Origin: an uncultured Pseudobdellovibrionaceae bacterium
Lineage (GTDB): Bacteria > Bdellovibrionota > Bdellovibrionia > Bdellovibrionales > UBA1609
DNA: 64,000 bases
Reading direction: 5' to 3'
Assembly: GCA_963803705.1 (NCBI GenBank)
Contig: CAWDNU010000004.1
Coordinates: forward strand, 832,001-896,000
Position 1 is the stretch's first letter; each line of letters starts with the position of its first letter. The position numbers and the translations under genes were made by a program. The notes beneath the pieces were generated by a model, which was not told the origin of the DNA, searched no databases, and saw only the letters and a program-made list of their open reading frames with translations. Of this stretch, positions 34,422 to 45,211 are shown one piece after another.

Positions 34422-35678
34422 TTATCCGAATAAGTCTTTAAACTGTTTTGTGATTGAATTTAAAATGTTGTCGCCGGTCGTCTTAACAGCATCTTTTTTC
34501 GCTTTGGCGACCAAGTCTTTTTTATCGATAGCGTCAAAGCCGTACTGCATAAGACCAATCGCTGCTGCCATATCACTGCTGCTTACACTATCCTTGATGG
34601 CAGAATTAACAACTGGAACGCCAAGTCTTATTGGCAAATCATAATTATAACGAGCTAAATCTATAAAGCCTTTCAGCTGACTAGCGCCACCTGTTAAAAT
34701 CAAACCTGCGCTCAGTTTTTTAAGCAGATTTTCTTTTTCTAAATGACCAAAAATAAGTTTGAAGACTTCATCCGCTCTGGGTTCGATGATTTGACAGATA
34801 TTTTTTCTGGAAATTGTTCTAAAGGAATTATCTCCCACATTTGGAACCTCGACCATTTCATCTAATTCCGAGGATTGGGGCAAACAATGACCGTATTTAA
34901 TTTTAATGTTTTCTGCATCTTTTGGTGAAGTTCTTAGTCCGATAGAAAGGTCTTGGGTAAAATGGTTCCCACCAATAGGGATCGACGCTGTATGGATAAC
35001 TGCGCCCTCTTTATAACAAATAAGATCTGTTGTGCCGCCACCAACGTCAATAAGACAAGACCCTAATTCTTTTTCATCCTCGGTCATAACTGAAAGTGAA
35101 GAGGCTAACTGTTGCAAAACAAAACCTTTTACTTTCAAGCCTGCTAGCTCAACGCATTTTGTGGCATTAGGAAAAAACGACTTGTCACCAGTGATCATGT
35201 GAACATCTACTTCTAATCGCACGCCACGGATTCCTAGTGGATTTCTGATACCACGGTAACCATCAATAAAAAACTCTTTCGGAAGCACATGTAAAACCTG
35301 CTGATCATCCGGCATTACGACTGCTTGTGCAGTTTTAATAACTCTGTCCAAATCTGATTTAGTGACCTCTCCTGATTCTATGGCTAGCATACCATTAGAG
35401 TCTTTAGATTTAACGTGTGCCCCACCACAACTTACCCAGGCAGAATTAACATAGCGTCCAGACATTTCTTCAGCAGCTTCTTTAGCTTTTTTAATGGCTT
35501 CAGTTGTTTTTGCAATATCGACAATAGATCCGTTTTTAATACCCTTATTTTTAGCTTTGCCTAGACCAATGATTTTAAAACTTTCTAGAGTTGCCTCGGC
35601 AAGAATAGCAGTGACATGCGTGGACCCTATGTCTAGTCCGAATATTAATGATCGATGGTTCGACATCCAATTTTCCAT
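34422..35678 (-). CDS. ftsA: cell division protein FtsA
   Basis: GLDIGS, DVGGGTTD, AENIKIKYG, ILTGGAS; upstream of ftsZ. Confidence 0.96.
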   Translation of the reverse strand: MENWMSNHRSLIFGLDIGSTHVTAILAEATLESFKIIGLGKAKNKGIKNGSIVDIAKTTEAIKKAKEAAEEMSGRYVNSAWVSCGGAHVKSKDSNGMLAIESGEVTKSDLDRVIKTAQAVVMPDDQQVLHVLPKEFFIDGYRGIRNPLGIRGVRLEVDVHMITGDKSFFPNATKCVELAGLKVKGFVLQQLASSLSVMTEDEKELGSCLIDVGGGTTDLICYKEGAVIHTASIPIGGNHFTQDLSIGLRTSPKDAENIKIKYGHCLPQSSELDEMVEVPNVGDNSFRTISRKNICQIIEPRADEVFKLIFGHLEKENLLKKLSAGLILTGGASQLKGFIDLARYNYDLPIRLGVPVVNSAIKDSVSSSDMAAAIGLMQYGFDAIDKKDLVAKAKKDAVKTTGDNILNSITKQFKDLFG

Positions 35679-35780
35679 TTTATGCTGCCTTGTCTAAAAG
35701 ATGAATTCCTAGTCTATAGGTTAGGAAGCATTACGCATGTAGACAAGTCTTTTCTCAAAGATTACAAAGCAATAACGCGC

Positions 35781-36512
35781 TTAATCTTTCTTAGTCATAG
35801 GTCGAACTAAAATCTTATGTAAAGCTTGGGAATCTATAAACTCTACGCTTATTTTTTCTCTTTTTAAATAGGCAATAACGTTGCTTACTCTTTTTATCTG
35901 AGTGGGTGTATCATTGCCGCTCATGTAGACCTTGTAACCCTCTGACAATAGAACCGAAATACCGCGCTTATCGTGAGCTACTTCTGAAACTGCTTTTAAA
36001 CCTATTGTTGAATTTGGCGAATCAAATGCTGCTAAAATGCTAAAGCAGTTTTCACGAAAATCTTGATTCGTCAAAAGAATTTCAGAAGTAAAAATCGGCA
36101 GGTCTAAGGTCTGACGACTTGAAACTTGCCTTAAAACTGCTCCTTTTTTGTTAACCAAATACCACTGATTTTTTTTGTACATCATAGCTTTTGGTTTTGA
36201 AATATAAGCATTTATTTTAAACGGCTGTTGATGGTCCCAAGCCCACCTCGCATCTTCGACAAAAGGCAAGTCAAGTAAGACTCTGAAAACACTTGCAAAT
36301 TCTGCAACAAAAGTCTTTGGACTTAAAGAGGCTGCGAAAGATTTGTTTATAGCCTCAAGTTCTTTTAGTTGTCTCGACGTTAAATTCCAGTTCTCTTGCG
36401 CAATCAGTTCGATCTTAGGCTGGAAATCCATATCTTTTTTCAATTCAAAAAAACAAAGAGATAAAACAAAGATGCTTAAACTAAAAATTAAAAGCTTCTT
36501 AAAAGTTCTCAT
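35781..36512 (-). CDS. ftsQ: cell division protein FtsQ/DivIB-like
   Basis: Single N-terminal TM, LPFVEDA POTRA-like motif, YLVNKKG, DLPIF; position directly upstream of ftsA. Confidence 0.7.
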   Translation of the reverse strand: MRTFKKLLIFSLSIFVLSLCFFELKKDMDFQPKIELIAQENWNLTSRQLKELEAINKSFAASLSPKTFVAEFASVFRVLLDLPFVEDARWAWDHQQPFKINAYISKPKAMMYKKNQWYLVNKKGAVLRQVSSRQTLDLPIFTSEILLTNQDFRENCFSILAAFDSPNSTIGLKAVSEVAHDKRGISVLLSEGYKVYMSGNDTPTQIKRVSNVIAYLKREKISVEFIDSQALHKILVRPMTKKD

Positions 36513-36590
36513 AACTTAAGCTTAAGCCTTCATCAGCCTAATTGACAATTTAGACCTTTGGTCTGGTCAAAAAATTAATTTGAACTGCAG

Positions 36591-38054
36591 CTAAAATTTT
36601 AGCGAGGCATTTGTTCCCAAAGTAAAGGAAACTTTACTTATATCTGCGTTCGGTTCAGAAGAATTTAAGGTGTAGGACTCTAGGCTTAGTAGGCCACTGA
36701 AGTAAAATCTAGATTTGTAGGTGCGAGTGTAAATGCCAGCGAAAGTTAAAGAGTTGAAGTCAAAATCTGTGATATTAATTGATCCCTCTGCGGTTTTTGA
36801 AATCAAAGACAAGGTGTACTCTTGCTTATTATCTATCTGGTGTTTGAAGTTAGCTCTAAAAAATCCAACTTCATTTTTGAAGTTAGATTCATCTTGGCTA
36901 CCACTTCCAATCAAAAAGTTTGCCACAAAATCTAGGCCCGTGTATCTCAAACCGAACCTGAAAATATTTAAACTGCTTGATTGTTGAAATTCGCTTCCAT
37001 ATTTAACACCAATATTCATCGAAGTAACAGGTGAAAGCTCCAAACTAAATTTGCCGTAATCGAATCCAAATTCAATAAAGCTAGTTTCATTAAGCCTGTA
37101 GTCAGTGGCGTTTAAATCTTCAGGTCGCCATTCATACTGCCCACCCACTAATAAGATATTAGGATCAGCCATTAATGAAACGTGAGTGTATTCTGCTTTC
37201 ATTCGGTAGTAAAAATGAGTTTGCGGTTCGGCATGAGTTCCATCGGCAATAGGACCCGCTCCTGTAGTTATCAGGTGTTGGTAACCGTAAGCACCTGTAC
37301 TAAGTTCATTTCTTAGAAACGGAGAAAAATTATTAGATCTAGAGTCAGAACCTCCGTACCTTGAACCCGTGCTCAGCCACATACCAAGTAAGGATATATT
37401 TTCATAAATCTCTGGTCGCGGATAAAATTTTTGACGCCTAATAAACTTGGACAATTCTTTGTGTCCTGCTTGAAGACGATCAAATTCTCTTTTGATATCC
37501 ACCGCATCTGCAAAAAGTTTTTGAGGAATAATCTCTTGGTTTTTCGATGCAGTGGTTTTGCGGCAATGGGTAAAGGGGTAGGGCTCCATAAAACTTAAAG
37601 ACTTCGTGGCGCTTACTTTAGATTTAAAAACAACCGGAGTTTTTACTTTTTTTATTTTCCACAAATTTGTTTTTTCTACTAGCACCTCGTCCCTAGATGT
37701 TGTCAAAAAGGAAACTTGATCATCTGTGAAGTTTATCGCCCACCCTTTCAGTAAAGGCCGTATGGTCTTGCCATACCTAGACTGGATATCATAGTACTGA
37801 CTTTTTATACGGGTAGATGTTTTAGCCACAGGCATGTAATCAATAGGATAAGTAGATAGGTAAATAGCTTGATAGCGGGGAAAAGTCCTTATCTTGCCAT
37901 TTATAGTTAAAATATCAAATGACTGATCACGAACATCGATAATACTTCCAACCACACGATTACAATTACCGTAATAAACGCCGTAAAGATCCAGAGCCCA
38001 AGCTTGAGAAAAATAAAATATATTTAGTAAAATAAGCAAAAGATTTTTTTTCAT
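36591..38054 (-). CDS. putative outer-membrane beta-barrel protein (paralog B)
   Basis: Signal peptide ending AWA; amphipathic beta-strand C-half; terminal FTLGTNASLKF beta-signal-like Phe. Confidence 0.7.
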   Translation of the reverse strand: MKKNLLLILLNIFYFSQAWALDLYGVYYGNCNRVVGSIIDVRDQSFDILTINGKIRTFPRYQAIYLSTYPIDYMPVAKTSTRIKSQYYDIQSRYGKTIRPLLKGWAINFTDDQVSFLTTSRDEVLVEKTNLWKIKKVKTPVVFKSKVSATKSLSFMEPYPFTHCRKTTASKNQEIIPQKLFADAVDIKREFDRLQAGHKELSKFIRRQKFYPRPEIYENISLLGMWLSTGSRYGGSDSRSNNFSPFLRNELSTGAYGYQHLITTGAGPIADGTHAEPQTHFYYRMKAEYTHVSLMADPNILLVGGQYEWRPEDLNATDYRLNETSFIEFGFDYGKFSLELSPVTSMNIGVKYGSEFQQSSSLNIFRFGLRYTGLDFVANFLIGSGSQDESNFKNEVGFFRANFKHQIDNKQEYTLSLISKTAEGSINITDFDFNSLTFAGIYTRTYKSRFYFSGLLSLESYTLNSSEPNADISKVSFTLGTNASLKF

Positions 38055-38062
38055 ATTTAATC

Positions 38063-39607
38063 CTAAAATACTATTGAACCTTGAAAGCCAAAACCTAAGT
38101 TGCTAGTTGTTTTATCAAATGTAGATCCGCCTAAATTTCCATCGACAGCATCTATCAGGTAGGTCCCCCTGACACCAAAACTCACATAATCACCAAACGT
38201 TTTTTGAGCAAATGCGGTTGCTCCTAATCGAGCCAAAGAGATTGTACCTGAACCTGGCTGCTCGAAATATTTCATGCTATGGAAGATCCCATTCACACCA
38301 AGCCTGGTATCCTCGGCTATGTCATAGTCTACACCTGATCTTACGAAAAAAGAATTTACAGAATAGCTTGTGGGCAAGATTTCTGTACCACTAGAAAAAG
38401 CTTCAATATTGTCTTCATTTGGGTTTGCAACATCTTTATCTCTTAAAGATGTGGTTACATAAAATCTAAAGAATTTATTAGTGTACATGTATCTGAACCC
38501 GTAGGAATTGCTTGTTGCAAGGATTTCCCTTACCTCGTCTTCGGCACCAAAAATGTATACTGGGTAGTACAAAGACACAGACAACGAATGCGGGCCATAG
38601 TCGCCCCCAACAAGTGCTGAATAATTTAGTCCAGAGTCTACAAAGTGACTGGAAATTCGCTGACCACCACTTGCTGATAAATCTTTGGAATTAATCAAAT
38701 AACTCGTGCCTGCTGAAAGCCCTTCAAAATTACCAGTGAAAATTGCGTGAAAAAAATGAGCTTTAATTTCAGTTTTGAATCCAAGTATTGGATCTAGGTC
38801 AGCTCCGAACTCATTAAAAATTTTACCAAGACTATTTAGACTTTGCACTCGGTAGGGACGTCCCGTCGACCATTCTATAAAAGGCAAGTCATTGTTAAAT
38901 CCGCTTTGCTCTACAATCTTCTGATTCTGAATACCAAATCTTGTTTTTTGCGCGTAAAGAATTGGCCTTGCATAAACGTATGTTCGCTCTTGAAAACTTC
39001 TTAAGCTATCGTAGCCAATTTTATAGTTAGAAAGAAATTGCTGTATCTTAATTTTATCTATTAAAATTCGATTAGGCCTTACTCTTCCCCTTCGTCCATT
39101 CTTAGAACAGGTCTGAATATATCCTTTAGATTGTATGTCTAAGCCCTTGTTCTTGAAGCTTTTATTCAAGGCTTCACCACTGTAAGGTCGGATTCTAACA
39201 ATAGAGTCAAGCTTGTGAACTCTAACACCCCCGTTTAGTCCTAAAAACACCACAAGATCTTCGATGAATTGGACAGGTAGTCCAGAAAAAACGTCCTCGT
39301 CGGAATCATTAAGAACTGTCAGAGTTTTTAAGTGATCAATGTTTTTATTTGCGAAACTTAGTTTTCTGAGCGGTGGGGTTACAAAGTTAAATATCAGAAT
39401 ACCTTTGATATCTTCTCGGTTGAAAGTAATGTTACGTCCGTTGACGGTCAGAAAACTATACTTATTATTATTTTCAGCCACAAAATAGCCCGTTGTTTCT
39501 TTACAGTTTTGATCAAAGATTGAGTAAAATTCAATTGCAGAAGCTAGTTGGGAAAATAAAAGCAAGTATAAGAAAATAATTAGCGAATTGGAAACTTGTT
39601 TTAACAT
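38063..39607 (-). CDS. putative outer-membrane beta-barrel protein (paralog A)
   Basis: Signal peptide ending ASA; beta-strand-rich C-half; terminal FGFQGSIVF. Confidence 0.7.
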   Translation of the reverse strand: MLKQVSNSLIIFLYLLLFSQLASAIEFYSIFDQNCKETTGYFVAENNNKYSFLTVNGRNITFNREDIKGILIFNFVTPPLRKLSFANKNIDHLKTLTVLNDSDEDVFSGLPVQFIEDLVVFLGLNGGVRVHKLDSIVRIRPYSGEALNKSFKNKGLDIQSKGYIQTCSKNGRRGRVRPNRILIDKIKIQQFLSNYKIGYDSLRSFQERTYVYARPILYAQKTRFGIQNQKIVEQSGFNNDLPFIEWSTGRPYRVQSLNSLGKIFNEFGADLDPILGFKTEIKAHFFHAIFTGNFEGLSAGTSYLINSKDLSASGGQRISSHFVDSGLNYSALVGGDYGPHSLSVSLYYPVYIFGAEDEVREILATSNSYGFRYMYTNKFFRFYVTTSLRDKDVANPNEDNIEAFSSGTEILPTSYSVNSFFVRSGVDYDIAEDTRLGVNGIFHSMKYFEQPGSGTISLARLGATAFAQKTFGDYVSFGVRGTYLIDAVDGNLGGSTFDKTTSNLGFGFQGSIVF

Positions 39608-39636
39608 TGCTCTTTCACCTGTAAAAATTTACTTAT

Positions 39637-40563
39637 TTACTTATTTACTTTTGACGTATTTATCAAAAGCTGAACTATGTCTTTGAAGGTGTAACCACTA
39701 TGGGCTGCAGCTTTTGGAAGTAGCGAAGTTGGGGTCATACCTGGTAGAGTATTGACTTCTAGAGTAAAAATTTTTTCATCAATATCCAACATAAAATCTA
39801 CTCTTGCGTAGGCGCTTAATTCAAAACGATCATAAATTTTTTCAGAGTACATTTTCAAATTTTTGATTGTTTGTTCTTTCAAAGGAGCTGGAATTAGATA
39901 GTCAGTCTTTCCAGCTGTGTATTTATTTTCGTAATTATAAAATCCATCTTTTGGTTTAATCAATATTGGTTCAAGGGCTTCGCCGTTTAGCAAACCAATC
40001 GTAACATCATGCCCCTCGACGAATTGTTCTACAAGAACTTCAGAAAAAGTGAGCAGGGCGACTTCTAAGTTTTTTAAATATTCGTCTTCGTCTTTACAAA
40101 TAAAAATACCCACACTCGAGCCGTCTTGGTTAGGCTTTATCAAAACAGGAAATCTATTAGGTCGCTTGTAGTCGTCTATTCTTTGGTTGCTATTTTTAAA
40201 GATCAGAAAGCCTTCTGGTGTTGGAATGTCCAAGTCCCTAAATATTTGTTTAGATTTTTCCTTATGAAAGGATAAGGCTGAAGCGAGAACGCCGCTACCC
40301 GAGTAGGGCAACTTTAAATATTCGCAAATCCCCTGAACTATTCCATCCTCGCCATAACGTCCATGCAGTGCAATTAAAGCGCATTCGAAAGCTCTAGATT
40401 TTAGATTTTCAATCAAAAGATTGTCGGCTTCAAAAACAATGAAGTCTTTATTCATGGCCTTTAATGCTTCTTGGAATGCCTTAGAGGTACTACGACTTAT
40501 TTCAGCCTCTGAGCCGGACCCGCCTTGAATGACTGCAATCATTTTTACTCCTGATGATCCCAA
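39637..40563 (-). CDS. ddl: D-alanine--D-alanine ligase
   Basis: GGSGSEAEIS, ALHGRYGEDG, GSSVG, YNYENKY, LEVNTLPGMT; exact start uncertain. Confidence 0.95.
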   Translation of the reverse strand: MGSSGVKMIAVIQGGSGSEAEISRSTSKAFQEALKAMNKDFIVFEADNLLIENLKSRAFECALIALHGRYGEDGIVQGICEYLKLPYSGSGVLASALSFHKEKSKQIFRDLDIPTPEGFLIFKNSNQRIDDYKRPNRFPVLIKPNQDGSSVGIFICKDEDEYLKNLEVALLTFSEVLVEQFVEGHDVTIGLLNGEALEPILIKPKDGFYNYENKYTAGKTDYLIPAPLKEQTIKNLKMYSEKIYDRFELSAYARVDFMLDIDEKIFTLEVNTLPGMTPTSLLPKAAAHSGYTFKDIVQLLINTSKVNK

Positions 40564-41477
40564 GGACCTAAATAAACAACTTCAGTATGTAGACTTACAT
40601 GATACTTTTCAAAGACTTTAGTTTTTACGTGTTGAATCACTTCGTGAATATCTTGTGAAGTAGCCCCACCTGTATTCACAATAAAATTGGCGTGCTTGTA
40701 GGACACTTGAGCGCCACCTATCTGAAAACCTTTCAAGTCTAATGATTCAATAAGCTGGCCCGATTTATGATCAAGTGGATTTACAAATACAGAACCGCAG
40801 CTTGGTTTGTCCCAAGGCTGCTTTAATTTTCTATTACTAATAGCTCCCTTAACTTTGTTCGGTATCTCTTCATCAGGCTGCATCGGGTATGTTAAATCAA
40901 CTTCAAATATAAAACCAGGATTCCAGTTTTTAGATGACCGGTAAGACCAGTTAATTTCACTTCCGCTATAGTCTTTTATTTTAAAAGTTACGCCAAGGTC
41001 CTGGCTGCTTTGCCACGATAGTACCTTAAACGATTTCACTATGTCACCGAACTCTTTAGGAAATATGGCTTCCGACACCCCTGCGTTCATAACCACTCCT
41101 CCACCTACGTCTCCGGGGATACCAGACAAGAATAGGGCCGGCTTAAGTTTATATTTAAGAAATAATCGCATGACTTTGTACTTTGGAGCCCCGGATTCAC
41201 ACCTTAAAACCAAGTGATCATCTTCAGATAAAACATCAACGTTCTGAAACTTCTTTGAACACAGCACCAAGCCCAGAAATCCTTGATCACTTATTAACGT
41301 ATTTGACCCCTGACCCAAAAAACAAATTTCTAATTGGCATTTGACAGCCCACAAGATGGCCTCTTGATATTGATGTAAATCGCTGGGCATAGCAAAAAAT
41401 TTAGCTTCACCACCTGTTTTCCATGTGTTGAAGCTTTTCAAACTGATATTTTCTTGAATAAAGTCAGGTCGGCTCAT
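40545..41477 (-). CDS. murB: UDP-N-acetylmuramate dehydrogenase
   Basis: GQGSN, GIPGDVGG..MNAG, SCGSVFVNP, HANFIVN, LHTEV. Confidence 0.95.
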   Translation of the reverse strand: MSRPDFIQENISLKSFNTWKTGGEAKFFAMPSDLHQYQEAILWAVKCQLEICFLGQGSNTLISDQGFLGLVLCSKKFQNVDVLSEDDHLVLRCESGAPKYKVMRLFLKYKLKPALFLSGIPGDVGGGVVMNAGVSEAIFPKEFGDIVKSFKVLSWQSSQDLGVTFKIKDYSGSEINWSYRSSKNWNPGFIFEVDLTYPMQPDEEIPNKVKGAISNRKLKQPWDKPSCGSVFVNPLDHKSGQLIESLDLKGFQIGGAQVSYKHANFIVNTGGATSQDIHEVIQHVKTKVFEKYHVSLHTEVVYLGPWDHQE

Positions 41478-41510
41478 AAATCCCGCTTCTTTAAAAATCC
41501 GGTGCGCATT

Positions 41511-42872
41511 TTAAGCATAAAATTTTGGGGTTAGTTGATTTATGTTACCCGCCCCCAAAACAATTACAACGTCGTCTTGCTTAAGTTCTGGCTGAAGCTT
41601 GGCGTAAACAATATCTAGGTCGCCAGAAACCCACTGGGTATTATTGATGCCTGATTTGTCTTGAATTTCCTTAACCAGGCGCTCGGAATTTATATTGTCA
41701 ATCGCAACTTCACCAGCTGCGTAAACATCTGTTATATACAAACAGTCCGGAACACTGAAGCAATCTAAAAAGTCTTTCCAGCAAGACTTCACTCTTGAGT
41801 ATCTGTGGGGTTGAAAAATAGCAACAATTCTTTTTTCAGGATATTTCTCTTTTACAGCGTCTAAAACGTTTCTGACTTCTGTAGGATGGTGAGCATAGTC
41901 ATCAATAAAAATTGTTGAAGTTTTATTTTGTGGCTGAATTTGAAACCTTCTGCCTACGCCATCAAAATTCTCGATTCCTTTTGTTGCCGAATTGAACTCT
42001 AAGCCCAATGCTTCAATACCAACAATAATTGCTGCGATAGAATTAAGGGCGTTATGGTTTCCTGGTAGACTAGATTTGAATTCACCAATCGGTTTCCCAT
42101 CTAAGAAAACTTGGTAAACTGAATCACCTTTAGATTTTAGAACGTAATCACAGTCTTCACTAAACCCATATGAAAGGGATTTTTTAGGAAAGTTCGAAAA
42201 TATTTCTCTTAGGTCGTTGTCGTCACCGCAGTAAACAAGACGACCATAAAATGGAATTTTTTCTGCGAAATTTTGATACGCAAGTTTCAAATTCTCAAAG
42301 GTTCCGTAAAAATCTAAGTGGTCATTGTCAATATTAGTTATTATTGCAACTTCTGGCGAAAGCTTATCAAAAGATCCGTCACTTTCATCGGCTTCCGCGA
42401 CAAGCCAGTCTCCTTGCCCCCACTTAACATTGGAATTTATCCTTTTAATCACACCACCAACTATAACAGTGGGATCTAACCCTGAATCCATCAACATAGA
42501 AGCAACCAAGCTGGTCGTAGTGGTTTTGCCATGAGTACCAGCTACTGCTATTCCCCTACGTAACCGCATCAGCTCTGCCAGAGCTTCAGCTCTTCGTATT
42601 AAGGGTATCTTGTTTTTTAGAGCATAAAGATACTCAGGATTCTCCTTAGAAATAGCGCTTGTGTAAACCACTACATCTGGTTCGCTTAGATTGTTTTCAT
42701 CATGTCCGATGTGCACGGTGATGCCTAAGGTTTTTAGGTGGTTTGTCACCGAACCCTCTGCAGCATCACTTCCTGAAACCTTAGCTCCAAGAGAAAATAA
42801 TACCTCGGCCAAGCCGCTCATTCCGATACCGCCAATACCTATAAAATGAAATTTATTAGCAACTATTTTCAA
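41511..42872 (-). CDS. murC: UDP-N-acetylmuramate--L-alanine ligase
   Basis: HFIGIGGIGMSGLA, GTHGKTTTT, EADESDGSF, DDYAHHPTE, FQPHRYSR. Confidence 0.97.
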   Translation of the reverse strand: MKIVANKFHFIGIGGIGMSGLAEVLFSLGAKVSGSDAAEGSVTNHLKTLGITVHIGHDENNLSEPDVVVYTSAISKENPEYLYALKNKIPLIRRAEALAELMRLRRGIAVAGTHGKTTTTSLVASMLMDSGLDPTVIVGGVIKRINSNVKWGQGDWLVAEADESDGSFDKLSPEVAIITNIDNDHLDFYGTFENLKLAYQNFAEKIPFYGRLVYCGDDNDLREIFSNFPKKSLSYGFSEDCDYVLKSKGDSVYQVFLDGKPIGEFKSSLPGNHNALNSIAAIIVGIEALGLEFNSATKGIENFDGVGRRFQIQPQNKTSTIFIDDYAHHPTEVRNVLDAVKEKYPEKRIVAIFQPHRYSRVKSCWKDFLDCFSVPDCLYITDVYAAGEVAIDNINSERLVKEIQDKSGINNTQWVSGDLDIVYAKLQPELKQDDVVIVLGAGNINQLTPKFYA

Positions 42873-42917
42873 TGGTATTCCTTTTCACCCTAAAATTCAG
42901 CGTTTGATATTTAAATC

Positions 42918-44063
42918 CTAACAAACTGATAAGTCATTAGCTATGTTGAATGTGGCTTTAGGTTTAAAAAAAGCAAACATTTTTTGGCTGCGCTCTTCTC
43001 GCTCGGATTCGGACGTAAGCTGGAAGTCACTTAGAAATTTCAATAATAATTTTTCGTTAATATCTTTTTCTTGAATTAAGAAAGCTGCCTCGCGATGGCT
43101 TAGGGCTTGCGCATTTTTAAGCTGGTGGTTATCTGAAGATTTAGCAAAAGGAATAAATAAGCAGTTAGCCCCCACAGATGAAAGCTCTGTCAAAGCTCCT
43201 GCTCCTGAACGAGACACAATAAGGTCTGCTGACAGGTAAAAGTTAAATATTGGATCTAAGAAGGGTAAAATCGTTAAATTGCTTACACTCTTTTCGCTAT
43301 TTTCAGATGTGTCATTTTGAATGGCTACATCATGGAAACATTTACTTCCGGTCTGCAAAATAAAATTTATACTTTTTAATTTTTGTGAAACTTTGGGTAC
43401 CAACTCGTTTAAAATTCGGGCGCCCTGGCTGCCACCAATAACTAAAACTTGAAATGAATTTTTTAAATTTTTTTTGTTGATATCGGAATTATGGCTTTTG
43501 AAATATTCATCAAATTCTGACCTTACAGGATAGCCAAAGCATTTGGTTTTAAACTTTGGAAAAAACTGCAAACTTTCTTCAAAAACAACATAACACCTAT
43601 TTACAAATCTAGATAAAATCTTATTTGCAATACCTGGTTGAACATTTGCTTCCCATAATGCCGTCTTGAAGAAAAGCGCAGAAGCCACAAAAACTATGGG
43701 GCCAGAAGCATAACCACCGAAGCCCACAACCCTTTGTGGACGAAACGTTAGTAAAATCCACAGGCATTGAATAAACACATAAGGCAAAAGAACTATTGTT
43801 TTAATTTGCTGTAACCTGCCAACTGAAGAGTGTAAGGGGCCTATGTTAAGTAGATAAAGGATATAGTTTTTTTCAGGAATTATTTTTGATTCTAATCCCC
43901 TATAACTTCCAACAAATCTAATCTTGATGCCAGGGTTTTGTAATTTAAGCTCTTCAGCTAGAGCTAAGGCAGGATAAATATGTCCACCAGTACCACCGCC
44001 AGACAATAGAACTCTTTTAATAGCTTTTGATTTTTTAACTTTCAAAGTTAACTCTCGAGTCAC
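42918..44063 (-). CDS. murG: undecaprenyldiphospho-muramoylpentapeptide GlcNAc transferase
   Basis: GGGTGGHIYPALA, GFGGYAS, GGSQGA, SRSGA, HQLKNA. Confidence 0.95.
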   Translation of the reverse strand: MTRELTLKVKKSKAIKRVLLSGGGTGGHIYPALALAEELKLQNPGIKIRFVGSYRGLESKIIPEKNYILYLLNIGPLHSSVGRLQQIKTIVLLPYVFIQCLWILLTFRPQRVVGFGGYASGPIVFVASALFFKTALWEANVQPGIANKILSRFVNRCYVVFEESLQFFPKFKTKCFGYPVRSEFDEYFKSHNSDINKKNLKNSFQVLVIGGSQGARILNELVPKVSQKLKSINFILQTGSKCFHDVAIQNDTSENSEKSVSNLTILPFLDPIFNFYLSADLIVSRSGAGALTELSSVGANCLFIPFAKSSDNHQLKNAQALSHREAAFLIQEKDINEKLLLKFLSDFQLTSESEREERSQKMFAFFKPKATFNIANDLSVC

Positions 44064-44092
44064 TTAGTTGATTGTTTAGTTTATCGTTTCGT

Positions 44093-45211
44093 TTATTTTT
44101 TTCTACAACTTAGATTTAGTAGAATACCGAATATAAGGCAGGTAGACAATAACGAGCTGCCCCCGTAGCTCATAAAAGGTAGCGACAAACCTTTCGTTGG
44201 TAGAAGTCCCAACACTACACATAAGTTTAAAAAAACCGAGTAAGAGAATAAAGTGACCAGGCCAAAGGCAATTATTCTTCTTGTCTCGTCGGTTTGAGCC
44301 AAAGTAATTTTTAAACCGCGGACAATCAAAGTTCCGATAAGCATCATAAAAACCATGAATCCAAAAAAGCCCCACTCTTCGCCTAAAACAGCCATAGTAA
44401 AATCAGTGTGGGCTTCTGGAAGAAAATATAACTTTCCCTGTCCTTCACCTATACCACGACCAAATAGACCGCCACTTCTAAAGCTAAGTAAGCTTTGAAT
44501 AATTTGAAAGCCAGAGCCTTTAGGATCTGCCCAGGGATCCAAAAATGCTTGTAAGCGTTTTAGTCTGTAGGGCTCTGCATACAGAAGCAGGCTTGCGATC
44601 ACCCCAACGCTTACTGAAGCCGCCAACACTGGCCATAATGGCCTAAAAAAAGTGAAGAGCAGAACCAAGATTACCCAGCTCAATAAAACGAAAGAGCCAA
44701 AATCAGGCTGAAGCAAGAATAAACCAAACGGAAGTAACATTAAGGACAATCGGGTCAGTACGCTTTCAGAAAAAAAAGGTTCGGTCTTAACAGTTAACAA
44801 CCACCTGCTAAAAGGAAATAAGATTAATACCTTTATAAACTCAGAAGGCTCTACTCTAAACCCAAATGGCAAGGCTAGCCAGCGGCTGGCTCCGCCAGCG
44901 TTTATGCCAACGCCTGGAATCAGTGTTAATAAAAGCGCTGCCAATACAAGGTAATAAAAATAGTAACAAAGCTTAATTAGAATTTCGGTTTTTAATAGTA
45001 GCAAGAATGCAATTAAACTCAAACCAGCAATTGTAAAAACAAATTGTTTCTTTACGAAGAAAAGACCGTCTTGGTTTAGATCAGTTCCCAAAATATAGCT
45101 AGATGAATAGACTTGAATTAAACCAAGACCTAATAAAAACAAAATTGTCCACAAAGATAGACGATCGACAAGTTCAAAGTCTTTTGTGATATATTTTAAG
45201 AGATTAGACAT
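44093..45211 (-). CDS. ftsW: SEDS peptidoglycan polymerase FtsW
   Basis: Multi-TM; GASRW, EPSEF, QPDFG, LPEAHTDF, LPTKGLSLPFMSYGGSS. Confidence 0.95.
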   Translation of the reverse strand: MSNLLKYITKDFELVDRLSLWTILFLLGLGLIQVYSSSYILGTDLNQDGLFFVKKQFVFTIAGLSLIAFLLLLKTEILIKLCYYFYYLVLAALLLTLIPGVGINAGGASRWLALPFGFRVEPSEFIKVLILFPFSRWLLTVKTEPFFSESVLTRLSLMLLPFGLFLLQPDFGSFVLLSWVILVLLFTFFRPLWPVLAASVSVGVIASLLLYAEPYRLKRLQAFLDPWADPKGSGFQIIQSLLSFRSGGLFGRGIGEGQGKLYFLPEAHTDFTMAVLGEEWGFFGFMVFMMLIGTLIVRGLKITLAQTDETRRIIAFGLVTLFSYSVFLNLCVVLGLLPTKGLSLPFMSYGGSSLLSTCLIFGILLNLSCRKK

